This document shows, one piece after another, positions 1 through 10,806 of a stretch of DNA of 64,000 nt; position 1 is the first letter of the stretch; the number at the start of each line of letters is the position of its first letter. This DNA comes from Pseudomonas phage EL. The notes beneath the pieces are model-generated. The model saw nothing but the letters and a program-made list of their open reading frames with translations, was not told where the DNA came from and made no database searches. The translations under genes and the position numbers were made by a program. The stretch lies in sequence record AJ697969.1; one strand, written 5' to 3'.

Positions 1-87
1 ATTTTAACTTGCATGTTCTTTGAGGTCTATATCACTAGGGTGAATAAGGCATTGGTTTCCTTAGTCAATTAAAGGAGGATATGCTCT

Positions 88-609
88 ATGCTGGCGATAC
101 TAGACGAAAGTCTTGAGTTGGCTAAACGTTTCGAAAACGTGATGGCCCGCATAGATAATTCAATGGCTTTTGATCCCGAATGGAGGAGCTCAGGGAATAT
201 GTACGAGGGTGCTGTAGGACTTCAACTCCCAGTGGGTAAAGTCTTTAAAGCACTGGATCCTAAAACAGGTCGTCGTCTTATTTTGATCGGTACGGACTGT
301 GGTACCGTGGTGATCTTCGAACATAACGGTCGTGACAAGACCGGATCCAAGTTTGCCTTGGCGTATAACGCTGACCCTGCCTTAGACTTTATGTTGGGAG
401 GAAGTCGGCTCTCAATCGCCCAATTTAGTCTGGCGATTACGGATTATGATATCGAAGAGAACATCGGTATCAGTCTCCGTCGCTTGATTCAACAGGTGAA
501 CCGGAGCACGCAGGATAAGAACAAGGAAGAGAAGATCATAAAAACCCCAAAGGGAATACCCCCGTCTAAAGTACTGTCAGGGTTCTTTGGTTGGGGGGAG
601 TCTGCTTAA
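88..609 (+). CDS. hypothetical protein (173 aa)
   Basis: ORF with strong Shine-Dalgarno AAAGGAGG 8 nt upstream of ATG; no recognisable motifs. Confidence 0.55.
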   Translation: MLAILDESLELAKRFENVMARIDNSMAFDPEWRSSGNMYEGAVGLQLPVGKVFKALDPKTGRRLILIGTDCGTVVIFEHNGRDKTGSKFALAYNADPALDFMLGGSRLSIAQFSLAITDYDIEENIGISLRRLIQQVNRSTQDKNKEEKIIKTPKGIPPSKVLSGFFGWGESA

Positions 610-671
610 CACCTAAACGAATGAAACCCAACATCCACAAGGATGTACTTTCGCACACATGAGGATACTCC

Positions 672-1127
672 ATGAAAACGTTTTTCCTGTCTATTTCAAC
701 CGTCTTCACTTTCCTGTTCTTGCAACTGGCCAATGCGGCGGGTAATGAAGAAATCATGTTCAACTGCACCTTGAAGGACGGTGCTGAGGTCAAGCTGACC
801 CAGATTCCTCAAGGTGACCTGTGGACCCTGACCATCGGGTACCCGGAAAAAGTCCAAGTCAGTTTTACCAAGCCTGGGAATGACATGGGTCGGCAGTTCT
901 CCTACCATCGCGATAGCAATCTCGCTACCCGTGAAGTCTTCATAACCAACCCGACGGGTAACTGGTTCTATACCCTCGGGGTGGATGATAACGGTAAGGC
1001 TAAAAGCGGTTATATCCAAGTTATGAACAGCGGAACAGAAACAGCCTACGAACATTGTGTGACAGGAAGCCTTCGTGAGCAGTTCGAAAAAGAAGGTGCC
1101 TTTGTCAACATGACGGTTGTGGATTGA
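672..1127 (+). CDS. hypothetical secreted/exported protein (N-terminal signal-peptide-like hydrophobic segment ...FLFLQLANA/AG)
   Basis: ORF; N-terminal MKTFFLSISTVFTFLFLQLANAAG resembles a Sec signal peptide with AxA cleavage site. Confidence 0.5.
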   Translation: MKTFFLSISTVFTFLFLQLANAAGNEEIMFNCTLKDGAEVKLTQIPQGDLWTLTIGYPEKVQVSFTKPGNDMGRQFSYHRDSNLATREVFITNPTGNWFYTLGVDDNGKAKSGYIQVMNSGTETAYEHCVTGSLREQFEKEGAFVNMTVVD

Positions 1128-1134
1128 ACCTGTT

Positions 1135-1183
1135 GGGGGAGTGAGCGTTTGCTCCCCCTGTTCCAATCTTTATTTTTTTTTTC
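1135..1183 (+). terminator. hairpin GGGGGAG...CTCCCCC followed by T-run (putative rho-independent terminator)
   Basis: inverted repeat then TTTATTTTTTTTTTC immediately after stop of 672..1127; the T-run is somewhat distant from the stem. Confidence 0.4.
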
Positions 1184-1200
1184 TAGAAGGGATACCACCA

Positions 1201-1881
1201 ATGGAAGCCGATGCGAAAACCCTTGGAGAAATCAAATTACTGTCTGACATCAAACTTATCCTAAACGGCAGAATTCCCACGGATTTAGTACACAAGGTCT
1301 TTAACCACTTGAAGCATAATCATCAGGATGGGTATGACCACTACTACTTGCTGGATTCCCTCAACGTCGCTAAGCGTCTAATAGACCACCAGGATAATCT
1401 AACAGAACATGATGTTTTGCTTATCTACACTATTATCCTGTTACTTGAGACGGGTCGTCCTATTACGAAACGTCATCCCTATGAAGTCTCTCCAGGAGTA
1501 GGGTGGATGTTTCTTCGGTATTATGCGGACGGGATCTTTACACCTGAGGACGAACGTTTCATTTCACAATCCTGTCGGCCTATCAAAGCAGATACTATTC
1601 GAATGTCTTCCTACACCTTCGTTGAGTTGGTCATTCACACCACTAAGCGCTTAACGGATGTCGTCAATCAGAAGTATCAAAAGCTGTACGACGAGTTTGC
1701 TGTACTCACTGGATTACCCCCTTGTTCTAAGAAATTGAATAAGGCCTTTTTGGAGGAATATGGTCCTAAAGGTAATCTATGGGATGGGTTCACCACTTCA
1801 ACTAAGGACATTTTCGCTTTAGAAATATCCAACTTCAAGAAGAAAGTCGGTCCATTCGTGGACGAACTTAACGTTCGATGA
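1201..1881 (+). CDS. hypothetical protein (227 aa)
   Basis: ORF; start moved to the ATG at 1201, downstream of the terminator hairpin that the 1117 ORF extension would read through. Confidence 0.5.
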   Translation: MEADAKTLGEIKLLSDIKLILNGRIPTDLVHKVFNHLKHNHQDGYDHYYLLDSLNVAKRLIDHQDNLTEHDVLLIYTIILLLETGRPITKRHPYEVSPGVGWMFLRYYADGIFTPEDERFISQSCRPIKADTIRMSSYTFVELVIHTTKRLTDVVNQKYQKLYDEFAVLTGLPPCSKKLNKAFLEEYGPKGNLWDGFTTSTKDIFALEISNFKKKVGPFVDELNVR

Positions 1882-1893
1882 GAGGATAAACCT

Positions 1894-2298
1894 ATGTACA
1901 ACGTTATCGCAAATGCGGTGCTTCTGACCACATATGCTGTAATCGTGCTGCTAGTTGTTCAGCGCTATCTAGAAGCTAAGGGTATGCGTTACTCCATTAA
2001 GCGAATAGAGAACGGCCGTATTTTTAGCTTCTCGTTAGGGGTATACGCAGGGAAGATACGGATCCTGCATTCTCCGGACTGTACAGACCCGATCTTCAAA
2101 CGCCGTTATGATGGATGGGAAGTGACCTTTCCTGAACACTTTACGGAAGAGCAGATGGACCATTACATCATGCACCACGAACCCTTTGGGGAACACAATG
2201 CGTCTCATTCGAAGGATTTTGTTGTCTTCAGAGAAGTCATGATTCGCAAGAACAATGAGGTTTCGTGCGTAGATGGGAATATCTTCTGCCAAGCGTAA
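1894..2298 (+). CDS. hypothetical protein with N-terminal transmembrane helix
   Basis: ORF; hydrophobic N-terminus VLLTTYAVIVLLVV. Confidence 0.5.
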   Translation: MYNVIANAVLLTTYAVIVLLVVQRYLEAKGMRYSIKRIENGRIFSFSLGVYAGKIRILHSPDCTDPIFKRRYDGWEVTFPEHFTEEQMDHYIMHHEPFGEHNASHSKDFVVFREVMIRKNNEVSCVDGNIFCQA

Positions 2299-2311
2299 TG
2301 AACCCATACAG

Positions 2312-2362
2312 TACCCTCCCTACCCCGCAAAGGGTAGGGAGGGTATGCAGTACACCTTTTTT
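2312..2362 (+). terminator. 14-bp stem hairpin TACCCTCCCTACCC/GGGTAGGGAGGGTA followed by T-run, between convergent genes
   Basis: perfect inverted repeat with 6-nt loop, then TTTTTTG. Confidence 0.45.
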
Positions 2363-2364
2363 GT

Positions 2365-3273
2365 TTAACCCATGTACAACTGACCGGCAGTGCCGTCCAC
2401 TTGGGCTTTCTGATCGATCATCCGTTCGATGGTACCGGATGGCGACGAGGTGACAGCCGCAGAACGCTGTTTGAAGCCCGGAGGGGCAGCAATGGCATCC
2501 GGGTTGTACAGCGGAAGGAGTTTCAACATCTGACGAGCAATCTGTTTCACAGCCAGGGTGTCGAATTCCACCAAACCGGTGAACTCCATGGTGATCTGAC
2601 GGATTGCGCCTTCTTCGCTCTTGTTACGTTTGATTTCAATCGGAACAGAGGTACGGGGCATCATACCAACCACCAAGGCAGCGTGAGCAATGTCCTTCAT
2701 GGTGTGGGTGGGTTCGAAGTAGATGCACGAGACCGATACTTCATCGATCAGCATGTCACCCGGATTATCCAGGATGACAATCTTGGCGTTCAGGACTTCC
2801 GAATCCATGACCAGCCATTGTTGCCAGACCTTGAACATCTTGGTGAACACTTCACCGATGCAATCGTAACCAGTATGCGTGACTTGACCCATCGAACGGG
2901 TAGCGCCCGACGGAATGGAGAGTACGTGACCCGTCCATTCCATTTGGGCGAACTGAACTTCAGTCATGTCACGGAGACCTTCGAACGACTGAGAACGGTT
3001 TTCAAACCACGCCTTACACAGCGAATGCAACGCAGTGCCACCCGGCAGTCGGGAGAAGGCAGCAGGAGTCGAGAGGACAATACACCACCCCAGTTGACTG
3101 ACGTGAGGTTGTGCGCTGACATACTCGAAGACGTTACCAGCCCAACCGTACATACCCCCGAATTGGGCGTTAATAACCGGACGGTTTTGCAGGTCCAGAG
3201 CCCGTACGAAGGGATCGGACTTCGGGAGTAGGGTCGTACTGGACCGATGAGGGAAGTTCGTTTCATTAGCCAT
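2365..3273 (-). CDS. hypothetical protein, probably virion structural (302 aa)
   Basis: ORF with optimised codon usage; GAGGA RBS 7 nt upstream; directly downstream of the 722-aa structural-like gene on the same strand. The plus-strand antisense ORF looks like translation noise. Confidence 0.55.
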   Translation of the reverse strand: MANETNFPHRSSTTLLPKSDPFVRALDLQNRPVINAQFGGMYGWAGNVFEYVSAQPHVSQLGWCIVLSTPAAFSRLPGGTALHSLCKAWFENRSQSFEGLRDMTEVQFAQMEWTGHVLSIPSGATRSMGQVTHTGYDCIGEVFTKMFKVWQQWLVMDSEVLNAKIVILDNPGDMLIDEVSVSCIYFEPTHTMKDIAHAALVVGMMPRTSVPIEIKRNKSEEGAIRQITMEFTGLVEFDTLAVKQIARQMLKLLPLYNPDAIAAPPGFKQRSAAVTSSPSGTIERMIDQKAQVDGTAGQLYMG

Positions 3274-3283
3274 CTTTCATTCC

Positions 3284-5452
3284 TCAGGCCGCAGTAGTGG
3301 CCAGATCCTGTTGGTTGTAAGCGTAGAGATCGAATTCCATCATGTACTTGGCTTTGTTAAACCAAGCGTGGAGAATCACACGCAGTTTCGCACGGGATCC
3401 GAGCGTTCCAGTTTCGTAGAACGTTTCTGCGACGATGTTGGAGACTTCACCCCCTACTGCGTTACGGCACGCGCTCTCGATCTCGTCTTTCATGATGGAG
3501 GCGTAGTTATCTGCGGTGATGGTACGGTCACCACAAACGATGCGCCATTGATCCGCGGAGATCTTCTCCATCGCCACGCACAGGAACGGGTTAGCCAGGT
3601 CCTTGAGGACCGAGTCGGGGTTCGGGTGAATGGTGGGGAGGCCCGGACGGTACGTTTGAACGTTCCAGTCCCAAGGCTTCAGGGAGATATGGCCGTTGCT
3701 GAAGTTCTCAGCCGCCACTTCATCTTCTTCGAAGACGATGTTGGGGGAGTGCATCAGACGGAGTTTACGGTTATCCGCATGATCCGGTGCGTTCGGAGTG
3801 ACGATCAAACCGTCGATGTTACCTGCCCACAGCGCAAAGGCATAGGCCAGGTCGATGTTACCCGAGAAGTACCAGCCGGTCGGTTCATCGGTGACTTTCG
3901 CTTCGATGAGGTTCACAGCTGCACGGCAGGCTGGGGTACCCCACTTCTCAGACTCGACCGTCATGCGCAGTCGATTGGTGATCATTGCAGCCCGAGAATA
4001 GATCTCTTCGAGACTGTTCTTCTCACCCGGTCTCCAGACACAGGCGTCTGCCACAACCAGAATGTCCTTACGGGCACCCAGGAACTGTTCGGCGATATCT
4101 TTTACTTCTTGGGAATAACCAATATCCCAGAAGATCGATTGACGGTTACGGGTGGTGTCTTTCATTTCCACACCATTCACGTAACTGGTCAGATCCGCCA
4201 CCATCAGTTTGTTGGTGATTTCCCACGCCTGAAGGTGAGTGAGAGGACGCTCGGTGTTAGTCAGCAGACCAAAGGGATCGTTGACTGTCGGCTTGGTAAC
4301 GTAATCAGGTACCTTACCGTCCTTATCCAGGAACGGCGAAATACCGCCCGAGGATTTAATAGCGCCGCTCAGGTCCCACTTGATAACACCCGAGGTGGTG
4401 ATGGCGTAGTAAGGCGCGCCGTTGTGGTTGGTGCAGGTGAACGGGTTCATCTGCTTGTAGTACTCACCGGGAACACCGACTTCTACCAGGGTATCATTTT
4501 CCGGCTGTTCCACCACATACATCATCTGACACAGGGTGTCGATGTTGTCCTGGTAAACGACCAGGTCGTTGAACGGAGCCGGAACCGGGTTACCCGGGGC
4601 GTTCTTGTTACGACCAGTAAAGGAGCCGAAACCCGTTTGCAGGCTGTACTGAACGCCGTTGAGGGACACCGGGAACAGGGTGAACTTGGCACTTTCCTGT
4701 TGGAGGGTGGTTTTCGAATACACACGAGTCCCATCGACTCCATCGGTGAACTGACGGAGGTCGTAAGGGAAAGTCCCCGTGGACCGAACGAATTCGGAAA
4801 TGGAACGCCAATTCAGCGCGTCCGCACGGACACCCAGGTTAAGGCCCGACTTGTTGTATTCGTCACCGACACCAGCCACCCCTTCGAACAGGGGGAGTAC
4901 CAGGGTTTCAGGGGTATCACCACTGGCGGCGATGGTGCGGACTTCGAGCGCGCCGGGTTCTTTACCCGCTGCGGCATCATCGATTTTGATTTCGATGTTC
5001 AGACCGTTCGGGTAGGTTTTACCCGGGATCGGAATACGCTCGCCGTTTTCGTTATACTTCCAACGGCCGTTGGCATCTCGTTCGTAGGCCTGAACTTCCA
5101 CTTTCTGAACAAACGCAGAGAGCGAGGCTTTCGAGACCACTTCGTTGACCGAGAGGCGGCGAATGCCGATGGTATTCTGGCGACCCAGGGCGAGCGCCTG
5201 GATCAGGACCGACGTTGGGCCGTAGTAGGGCGACTTCTCGTCGAAAATGTCACCAAAGATCTTTTTGACGTCTTGGGGGGCTACCCATTGGGTGCCTGCT
5301 TTAGACGCCAGTTTTCCTTTGGGGAAGATACCGTGGATAACAGGAAGGTGGAGCGGGGTGGTTGGCGGGGACGTGTCATATTCTGGAATAGAGTTGTCCC
5401 GAATCCCACTAATGTCCACCTTTCCAGGGACGATTCTGTTGAAAACAGTCAT
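3284..5452 (-). CDS. large virion structural protein candidate (722 aa; e.g. tail sheath or capsid class)
   Basis: ORF with highly optimised codon usage; start chosen at MTVFNRIV (ATG complement at 5450..5452) because GAGG lies 6 nt upstream on the minus strand. The longer ORF to 5539 has no RBS. Confidence 0.55.
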   Translation of the reverse strand: MTVFNRIVPGKVDISGIRDNSIPEYDTSPPTTPLHLPVIHGIFPKGKLASKAGTQWVAPQDVKKIFGDIFDEKSPYYGPTSVLIQALALGRQNTIGIRRLSVNEVVSKASLSAFVQKVEVQAYERDANGRWKYNENGERIPIPGKTYPNGLNIEIKIDDAAAGKEPGALEVRTIAASGDTPETLVLPLFEGVAGVGDEYNKSGLNLGVRADALNWRSISEFVRSTGTFPYDLRQFTDGVDGTRVYSKTTLQQESAKFTLFPVSLNGVQYSLQTGFGSFTGRNKNAPGNPVPAPFNDLVVYQDNIDTLCQMMYVVEQPENDTLVEVGVPGEYYKQMNPFTCTNHNGAPYYAITTSGVIKWDLSGAIKSSGGISPFLDKDGKVPDYVTKPTVNDPFGLLTNTERPLTHLQAWEITNKLMVADLTSYVNGVEMKDTTRNRQSIFWDIGYSQEVKDIAEQFLGARKDILVVADACVWRPGEKNSLEEIYSRAAMITNRLRMTVESEKWGTPACRAAVNLIEAKVTDEPTGWYFSGNIDLAYAFALWAGNIDGLIVTPNAPDHADNRKLRLMHSPNIVFEEDEVAAENFSNGHISLKPWDWNVQTYRPGLPTIHPNPDSVLKDLANPFLCVAMEKISADQWRIVCGDRTITADNYASIMKDEIESACRNAVGGEVSNIVAETFYETGTLGSRAKLRVILHAWFNKAKYMMEFDLYAYNQQDLATTAA

Positions 5453-5561
5453 GGCAACCTCGTGGGGGAAAAGTTTGAAGCAATCGTATGAACCCATTTT
5501 CAGGGCCGTACAGTGTAATAAGGCACTGTCACATAACATGTTATTTTAAGGAATATCTACC

Positions 5562-6440
5562 ATGCTGATCAATGCCTATGACACCACGGTCGGTAAAGTG
5601 ATCCGGGCGTCTCACCACGTGGACGAAGTCATTAAAACCCTTCATCTGACCAATAATCTGTCTCCCACTAAGAAAGACAAGGTGTACGTTATTACGCACG
5701 CCACCAGCGTTCCATTTTCAACCATTGCTTTTCCGATTACCTTGCAGACCCATACCCGCCAAACCATTACGGTGTATGACGAACGTCCGTACCGGGATAA
5801 ACAGAACCGAGTCACGAACCAGAATGACCTGACCATTATGCGACTGGCGGCGTTTCTACAGCAGGATGTTGCCGAGTTGAACTTCAGCCCGGTTAAGCTG
5901 AGTCGCAATATGGTAACCAAAGCCTTTAGTGACGCGTTAACCCAACGGTTAACGATGCGGGGTGGTTTGGATATCGTAGAGTCTTCGACCCTGAAGGTGT
6001 TGATTGGGTATTATGTGGTTAGTCTTCAAGAGAACCCGAACAATGACCTGGTCTTTGTGGTTGAGAATGTCCTTCGTAATGTGTACGGGATGGAAAAAGA
6101 CTTTGTATTGGGGGTCATTGCTGATCTCCCCCATCTGAGTAAGCTGGAAGACCTCCTCAGTGAGATTCGTAAGAATCCTGTGTTGTATAAACTCAAAGGG
6201 ATGGGTCTTAAGGACTTCATTGCTGTGGTGGGTGGATTGGCCTTTACGGGGCTGGGGAAACAGGTCTTTGAAGCTGCGTCTGAAGCACCTTGCTTGTTGA
6301 CGGCCTTTGTCTATGGCGCAGCACGTTTCAGGGCGCTGAATAAAACACCGCTGGGTATGGCATTGGATCCTAAATACAACAAAGGGATCCTGGATACCTT
6401 CCTTAAGAACATCGATTACACGTATGATCTCAACGGGTAA
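5562..6440 (+). CDS. hypothetical protein (292 aa)
   Basis: ORF, first of a tightly packed plus-strand block 5562..10992. Confidence 0.55.
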   Translation: MLINAYDTTVGKVIRASHHVDEVIKTLHLTNNLSPTKKDKVYVITHATSVPFSTIAFPITLQTHTRQTITVYDERPYRDKQNRVTNQNDLTIMRLAAFLQQDVAELNFSPVKLSRNMVTKAFSDALTQRLTMRGGLDIVESSTLKVLIGYYVVSLQENPNNDLVFVVENVLRNVYGMEKDFVLGVIADLPHLSKLEDLLSEIRKNPVLYKLKGMGLKDFIAVVGGLAFTGLGKQVFEAASEAPCLLTAFVYGAARFRALNKTPLGMALDPKYNKGILDTFLKNIDYTYDLNG

Positions 6441-6445
6441 CAGTT

Positions 6446-9058
6446 ATGACCATGAAAGGGTTTGATACGGATAACCCATTGCTGGCCTACGCGACAGACC
6501 ACCTGTGGGGTAACCCGGAAGAGAATAACCAGTACCAGGTGCGTACAGTACGGCTCAGTGATTACTACGGAGATGTGGACAACTTCTCCTTTATGGGCAA
6601 ATGGCGGAGTTTGCCTAAGCGGGATACGTTCTATTACGTCTTTTCTGTAGGGGGGTTGGATGCAGGCTATTGGAACTTCCATACCAACTTACTGAAACGG
6701 AATCCCTTAGACCGGTGGATGAACCTGGCCGAGCTGTGTAAACGCCGGGGTGTTCAGCTGGATATCTACAACACCAAAGGGTACCAGTACAGCCGGAATA
6801 AAGCTTGGGTCATGATGACGTACGATAAGCTTACGTTTATTGCCCTGGAGAAGTATAATACCTACCCTATGCCAACGGGTCAGGAAATGTTCTTTCGATG
6901 CTACACCGCTTCCAGTGAGGTGGCGAAGAATGAACAAACCGCGAATGCTGCCAGTAACCCGTACGTCTATGAAACCATGGTGTACGAGAGTCAGGCTGAA
7001 CTGGCGGTCTTTAATAACCGGTACTTAGCCTGTAAAAGCAAACCTGGGTTTACCGGGGTGACGGTGAATGGGGTTTATTGGCACAGTAATCCAGGGTCGA
7101 TTCCTAACTTGGTCCTAGGGGATGTAGTGGAGTTCTTCCATGACCCCACTGTGATCCGTACGGAGCTGTACGCGTACAACACCCTGCAAGACTTCTATTC
7201 CACCTTGGATAAGAAACGGAAACTGATCCTGCATCCTCCTAAACGCCCAGGGGACTTTACCCTTCGGTATTTTGATGACAACGATTACTACCTGTTGGGT
7301 AAAGGGTCGACAGGTCTGTATTTCCATCGGAATGCGGTGAGTACGATTCGTCAGTTGACCCATGTGGATGTTGCCATTGCGGATGACCAGATCCAAGCCG
7401 CCAGTAATTACCACAAGGACCTCAGTGAGGTGAAGGATATTCGTATCCTGGTATTGGTTCGTAAAACGGATTGGGAATACCCTTGGCCGCATGATAATCA
7501 ACGGATCCGTTACCTCTACCGCATGACTGATGAAAACATCCTTAAAGCCATGACAGGTGATCGAGCAACGGTGCCGGAGTGGACCGCTCCTAATCTGGAA
7601 GCCGGGGTGGTGATGAGTTTTACCCGGAGTCAAATGAAAGCGCTGACCGTAGAGGGTGCTCGTAAAGCGGTGGGGTACAATGCGGCAACTCGGGTCCTCA
7701 GTGAAACCCCCCTTAAAGCGGTATACGAGGCGGGTGGTCGAGGGGTTGAGATCCCCATCAGTTACCGAGTCAGTTGTACCGCTTGGGAACATGATGAGAA
7801 CGGGTGCCTGTTGGAATACCACAATGTCAACAATATTCGGTACTACGCACCTCGGAATCCGAAGTGTCAACTCGTTGAGTTCACCTGTGGTCAATACGGG
7901 CGAACATTGGACTATGTGGTAACCAATACCGATCTACCCTTAGACCCCTTTAATGGGTTCAGGGTGTACACTGCTCACTTCAACGTGGATCGAGGTGAAA
8001 TCACCGGTGCGTTAACGGATGTCACTGGGGATAAGAAGATCTACGAGGTGGTTAATGAGGTCTTAGTCTGGAAAGGATTGGATCCCGTTAACCAACGTGG
8101 GGTGGTAGTCTTCAATACCCGGACCTTGACCTATGGGTTTGAACTGGATCACATTGATCACAGCTTGAGCTTTGCCATTACCCACATTTATGAACCGGGT
8201 GGATTGGCGGTGCCTCTGATTCCTGCTCAAATCGATATTTGGATGAACGGTCATCCATTGATTGATAATGTCGATTGGATCTTTGACAACGGGTACTGCT
8301 ACATCATCAACAAACAGTTCATCCGACCGGGTGCTCAACAGTTTGTGGTACGGTGCCATGACCTGTGGGAGGATAAGGAACGTCCTAAGGTAGAAACCGA
8401 ACTCGGGTTCGTGGACGGTGGGGTGATTGGACGGTTTAAACGGTATAACCTGAGGGAAGACCGGGTAACACGTACCGTCATTGGAGGTCGTTTGGTGGTA
8501 ACGGACGACGTGCCTACGGCCGAGCTGTCTTCTCCAGATAACCTCTGGAATCACCTCAATGGGTTACCGTACATGGTCAAACATGTCTTCCAACCCATTA
8601 AGTATGTCGTACCCTATGACAACTTCCCAGGGTATAAAGAGAGTCGGGAGATTGATCAACGGGTGAGTGACTACTTGACGGAATACTGTCCTAAGCCGTT
8701 GGTGGATCCGGTGATACCGACCCTTCAGGATAAGTACCGGTTGTTCAGCCCCTTCCTGAATGTGGTGGTGAATGCGATTAAGAACCGGTTGTTGGTGGTT
8801 CCGAATCGAGTAGACGGTGAAGAGACGTACAGTCCTCAGTTCATTGAGGAACAGGTCAGTCCGTACAAGTGGTGGTTGAAGTATGACCCGGTGATCCGGG
8901 ACTACGACCTCCGCTATTTTGCCGTTATGCCCTACGCGAATGATGAACTGCTCTCGGTAACACCCAACCAGTTTGTCTTCATTAAGCAAGTGAACGACCT
9001 TTACTTGAAGTCTGTCTGTGTCATTGAAGGCCACTTTGAAGTAAGTAACAGTGACTAA
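6446..9058 (+). CDS. hypothetical large protein (870 aa), likely virion or assembly protein
   Basis: long ORF 5 nt after the previous stop; all antisense ORFs on the minus strand look like noise. Confidence 0.6.
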   Translation: MTMKGFDTDNPLLAYATDHLWGNPEENNQYQVRTVRLSDYYGDVDNFSFMGKWRSLPKRDTFYYVFSVGGLDAGYWNFHTNLLKRNPLDRWMNLAELCKRRGVQLDIYNTKGYQYSRNKAWVMMTYDKLTFIALEKYNTYPMPTGQEMFFRCYTASSEVAKNEQTANAASNPYVYETMVYESQAELAVFNNRYLACKSKPGFTGVTVNGVYWHSNPGSIPNLVLGDVVEFFHDPTVIRTELYAYNTLQDFYSTLDKKRKLILHPPKRPGDFTLRYFDDNDYYLLGKGSTGLYFHRNAVSTIRQLTHVDVAIADDQIQAASNYHKDLSEVKDIRILVLVRKTDWEYPWPHDNQRIRYLYRMTDENILKAMTGDRATVPEWTAPNLEAGVVMSFTRSQMKALTVEGARKAVGYNAATRVLSETPLKAVYEAGGRGVEIPISYRVSCTAWEHDENGCLLEYHNVNNIRYYAPRNPKCQLVEFTCGQYGRTLDYVVTNTDLPLDPFNGFRVYTAHFNVDRGEITGALTDVTGDKKIYEVVNEVLVWKGLDPVNQRGVVVFNTRTLTYGFELDHIDHSLSFAITHIYEPGGLAVPLIPAQIDIWMNGHPLIDNVDWIFDNGYCYIINKQFIRPGAQQFVVRCHDLWEDKERPKVETELGFVDGGVIGRFKRYNLREDRVTRTVIGGRLVVTDDVPTAELSSPDNLWNHLNGLPYMVKHVFQPIKYVVPYDNFPGYKESREIDQRVSDYLTEYCPKPLVDPVIPTLQDKYRLFSPFLNVVVNAIKNRLLVVPNRVDGEETYSPQFIEEQVSPYKWWLKYDPVIRDYDLRYFAVMPYANDELLSVTPNQFVFIKQVNDLYLKSVCVIEGHFEVSNSD

Positions 9059-9069
9059 AGGGGATATTC

Positions 9070-10794
9070 ATGTTTGACAACAAACCCAGCACGAGTGCTG
9101 AGCGAGCGGTGGCGGGTACTGATTTGGCTCCTGAGAATGACGGCCAACGGTACAGGATCCATTATCTGCCTGACATCTATGATCCGGACAAGCATCCGCC
9201 GGAGGACATTGTTAAGTACGTGGTTCCCCGGGAACGGGAATTGGTGATCGATGTACCCAATAAACAGTTCCTGGAGGTGATTCATGTGGATTACCAGGGG
9301 AAGACCTTGAAGTCTACCTTGGTTCCGTGGGAACCTCGGACCAGTGAGGACGGTACCACAACTGAACAAGACTGGATCTTCGGTCTACGAGGAGGTCCTC
9401 TGTTGGGTGAAGCCTTGCTGAGTGTGGACTACAGCCAACGACCTAACGTAGCGCGTGTTGACAGCACCATCATGCGACCCGGCGCAGCGTACGCTAAACT
9501 CTACCTCGGTAACGACGCCAGTGACAACGGTCGGATCATCAGTGCCCAGTACGACAAGTCGGCGAATATGATCAGCAACAAGGTACCTACCAAGTTGGCT
9601 GAGATCGTAGACCGTACGAACCTGGAGATTATGACCACGGGTCCTTTCAGTGTCACGGAGAACGAGGAGGCCCTGAAAGACGGTACGCGTTGTACGTTGG
9701 TGTTCTATGACGAGGGGGGTAACTTCATTCCCCCGGTTCAACCTGTAATGGTCCAACATTGTGCATACATGCGGGATCACCAGATTGGTACCAAGTATGT
9801 CACGGAGATTGAACTGCTCACACCGTGGTTTACCAATACAGTCAATGCGGAGAAGATTATCATTCCGGTGAACGTATTGGTAACGGCTATTGAGTTCAGG
9901 GCGGTGATTCATTACTCGGATGGCAGTACCAGTGCGCCCATGCCGGTGAACGGTGAACGGTTCAACCTGTATGGGTTGAATGAATGGCGCCCCACCTGGC
10001 CGGGTCAAGAGGGTGAGATCGTTCTGACCCTTAAACTGGCAGCGAATGAACAGCATTACATTGCCAAACCCGGGAGTCCCGATCACATCAGTCGAACCTA
10101 TTCGGTAGAAGCCGGTCCTGTTAAAGGCGCGTACTCGCCGAAGATCTACACCTTCCCGCAATGGGATCCGAGTATTTCGGGGTATCGACTCCAACATTGG
10201 CTGTTGGATCTGGATCGGAAAACGGCCATTGATGTGACCGCTCAAGTGAAGTTCAATGAGAAGAGTGAAGTCTGGCGGCCTTCTGCCTACGGGGTTGCTC
10301 AATCGTTGATCTTTAACTTGAACCTGAGGGATGTATCGAGTCAGTACGAGAGTGTGATCTTCCGGCAGTACACCACCATTGTGTTGTATAAAGACATCAA
10401 TGGGCCGGGTAAACGCTTTGACGTGTCCTTCTCGCAGAATAAACCGTCGTACGAAGCGAAGTTCATTGTCGCTAAGAACGCCGGAGCTGCTACCACGGTC
10501 AATGTGGCCAACGGGTACGGTAATCAAACGGATTGGCTGAAAGCGTTGTATTGGGGGGTCGAACCTAGCTTCAATCGGTTCGATGAAGAGAAAGCTCCTT
10601 TACCCACTCATTTCTACCTGGTTCATGAAGACGGGCGTTCCTGGCGGTATCCGATCTCGGATTGGAATAAGAACAACGCCATCAACATTGAACTTCAGAA
10701 GGGTAAGACCTGGTTCCTTCGTTGGGTGGAACGCCAAACGTCTGGTGATGAGAAGCAACTGGCCGTTACTGGTGTAACGGTTGAATTTCCTTAA
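9070..10794 (+). CDS. hypothetical protein (574 aa)
   Basis: ORF with GGGGAT RBS-like sequence upstream. Confidence 0.6.
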   Translation: MFDNKPSTSAERAVAGTDLAPENDGQRYRIHYLPDIYDPDKHPPEDIVKYVVPRERELVIDVPNKQFLEVIHVDYQGKTLKSTLVPWEPRTSEDGTTTEQDWIFGLRGGPLLGEALLSVDYSQRPNVARVDSTIMRPGAAYAKLYLGNDASDNGRIISAQYDKSANMISNKVPTKLAEIVDRTNLEIMTTGPFSVTENEEALKDGTRCTLVFYDEGGNFIPPVQPVMVQHCAYMRDHQIGTKYVTEIELLTPWFTNTVNAEKIIIPVNVLVTAIEFRAVIHYSDGSTSAPMPVNGERFNLYGLNEWRPTWPGQEGEIVLTLKLAANEQHYIAKPGSPDHISRTYSVEAGPVKGAYSPKIYTFPQWDPSISGYRLQHWLLDLDRKTAIDVTAQVKFNEKSEVWRPSAYGVAQSLIFNLNLRDVSSQYESVIFRQYTTIVLYKDINGPGKRFDVSFSQNKPSYEAKFIVAKNAGAATTVNVANGYGNQTDWLKALYWGVEPSFNRFDEEKAPLPTHFYLVHEDGRSWRYPISDWNKNNAINIELQKGKTWFLRWVERQTSGDEKQLAVTGVTVEFP

Positions 10795-10806
10795 GGAGGA
10801 AACAAA

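Noticed and set aside
1201-1881. Possible HD-domain phosphohydrolase in ORF 1201..1881 (HNHQDGYDH...EHD)
   Set aside because: Spacing and residues do not fit the H..HD..H..H..D pattern. Left as hypothetical.
3311-5491. 726-aa plus-strand ORF antisense to 3284..5452
   Set aside because: Junk-like composition (R/G/V/D-rich) and no RBS. The minus-strand product reads as a bona fide protein with an RBS and optimised codons.
7115-10527. Several 150-380-aa minus-strand ORFs (7115..7894, 8063..8554, 8564..9034, 9385..10527)
   Set aside because: All are antisense to long, contiguous plus-strand genes with proper RBS spacing and start-stop coupling. Their composition is typical of shadow ORFs.
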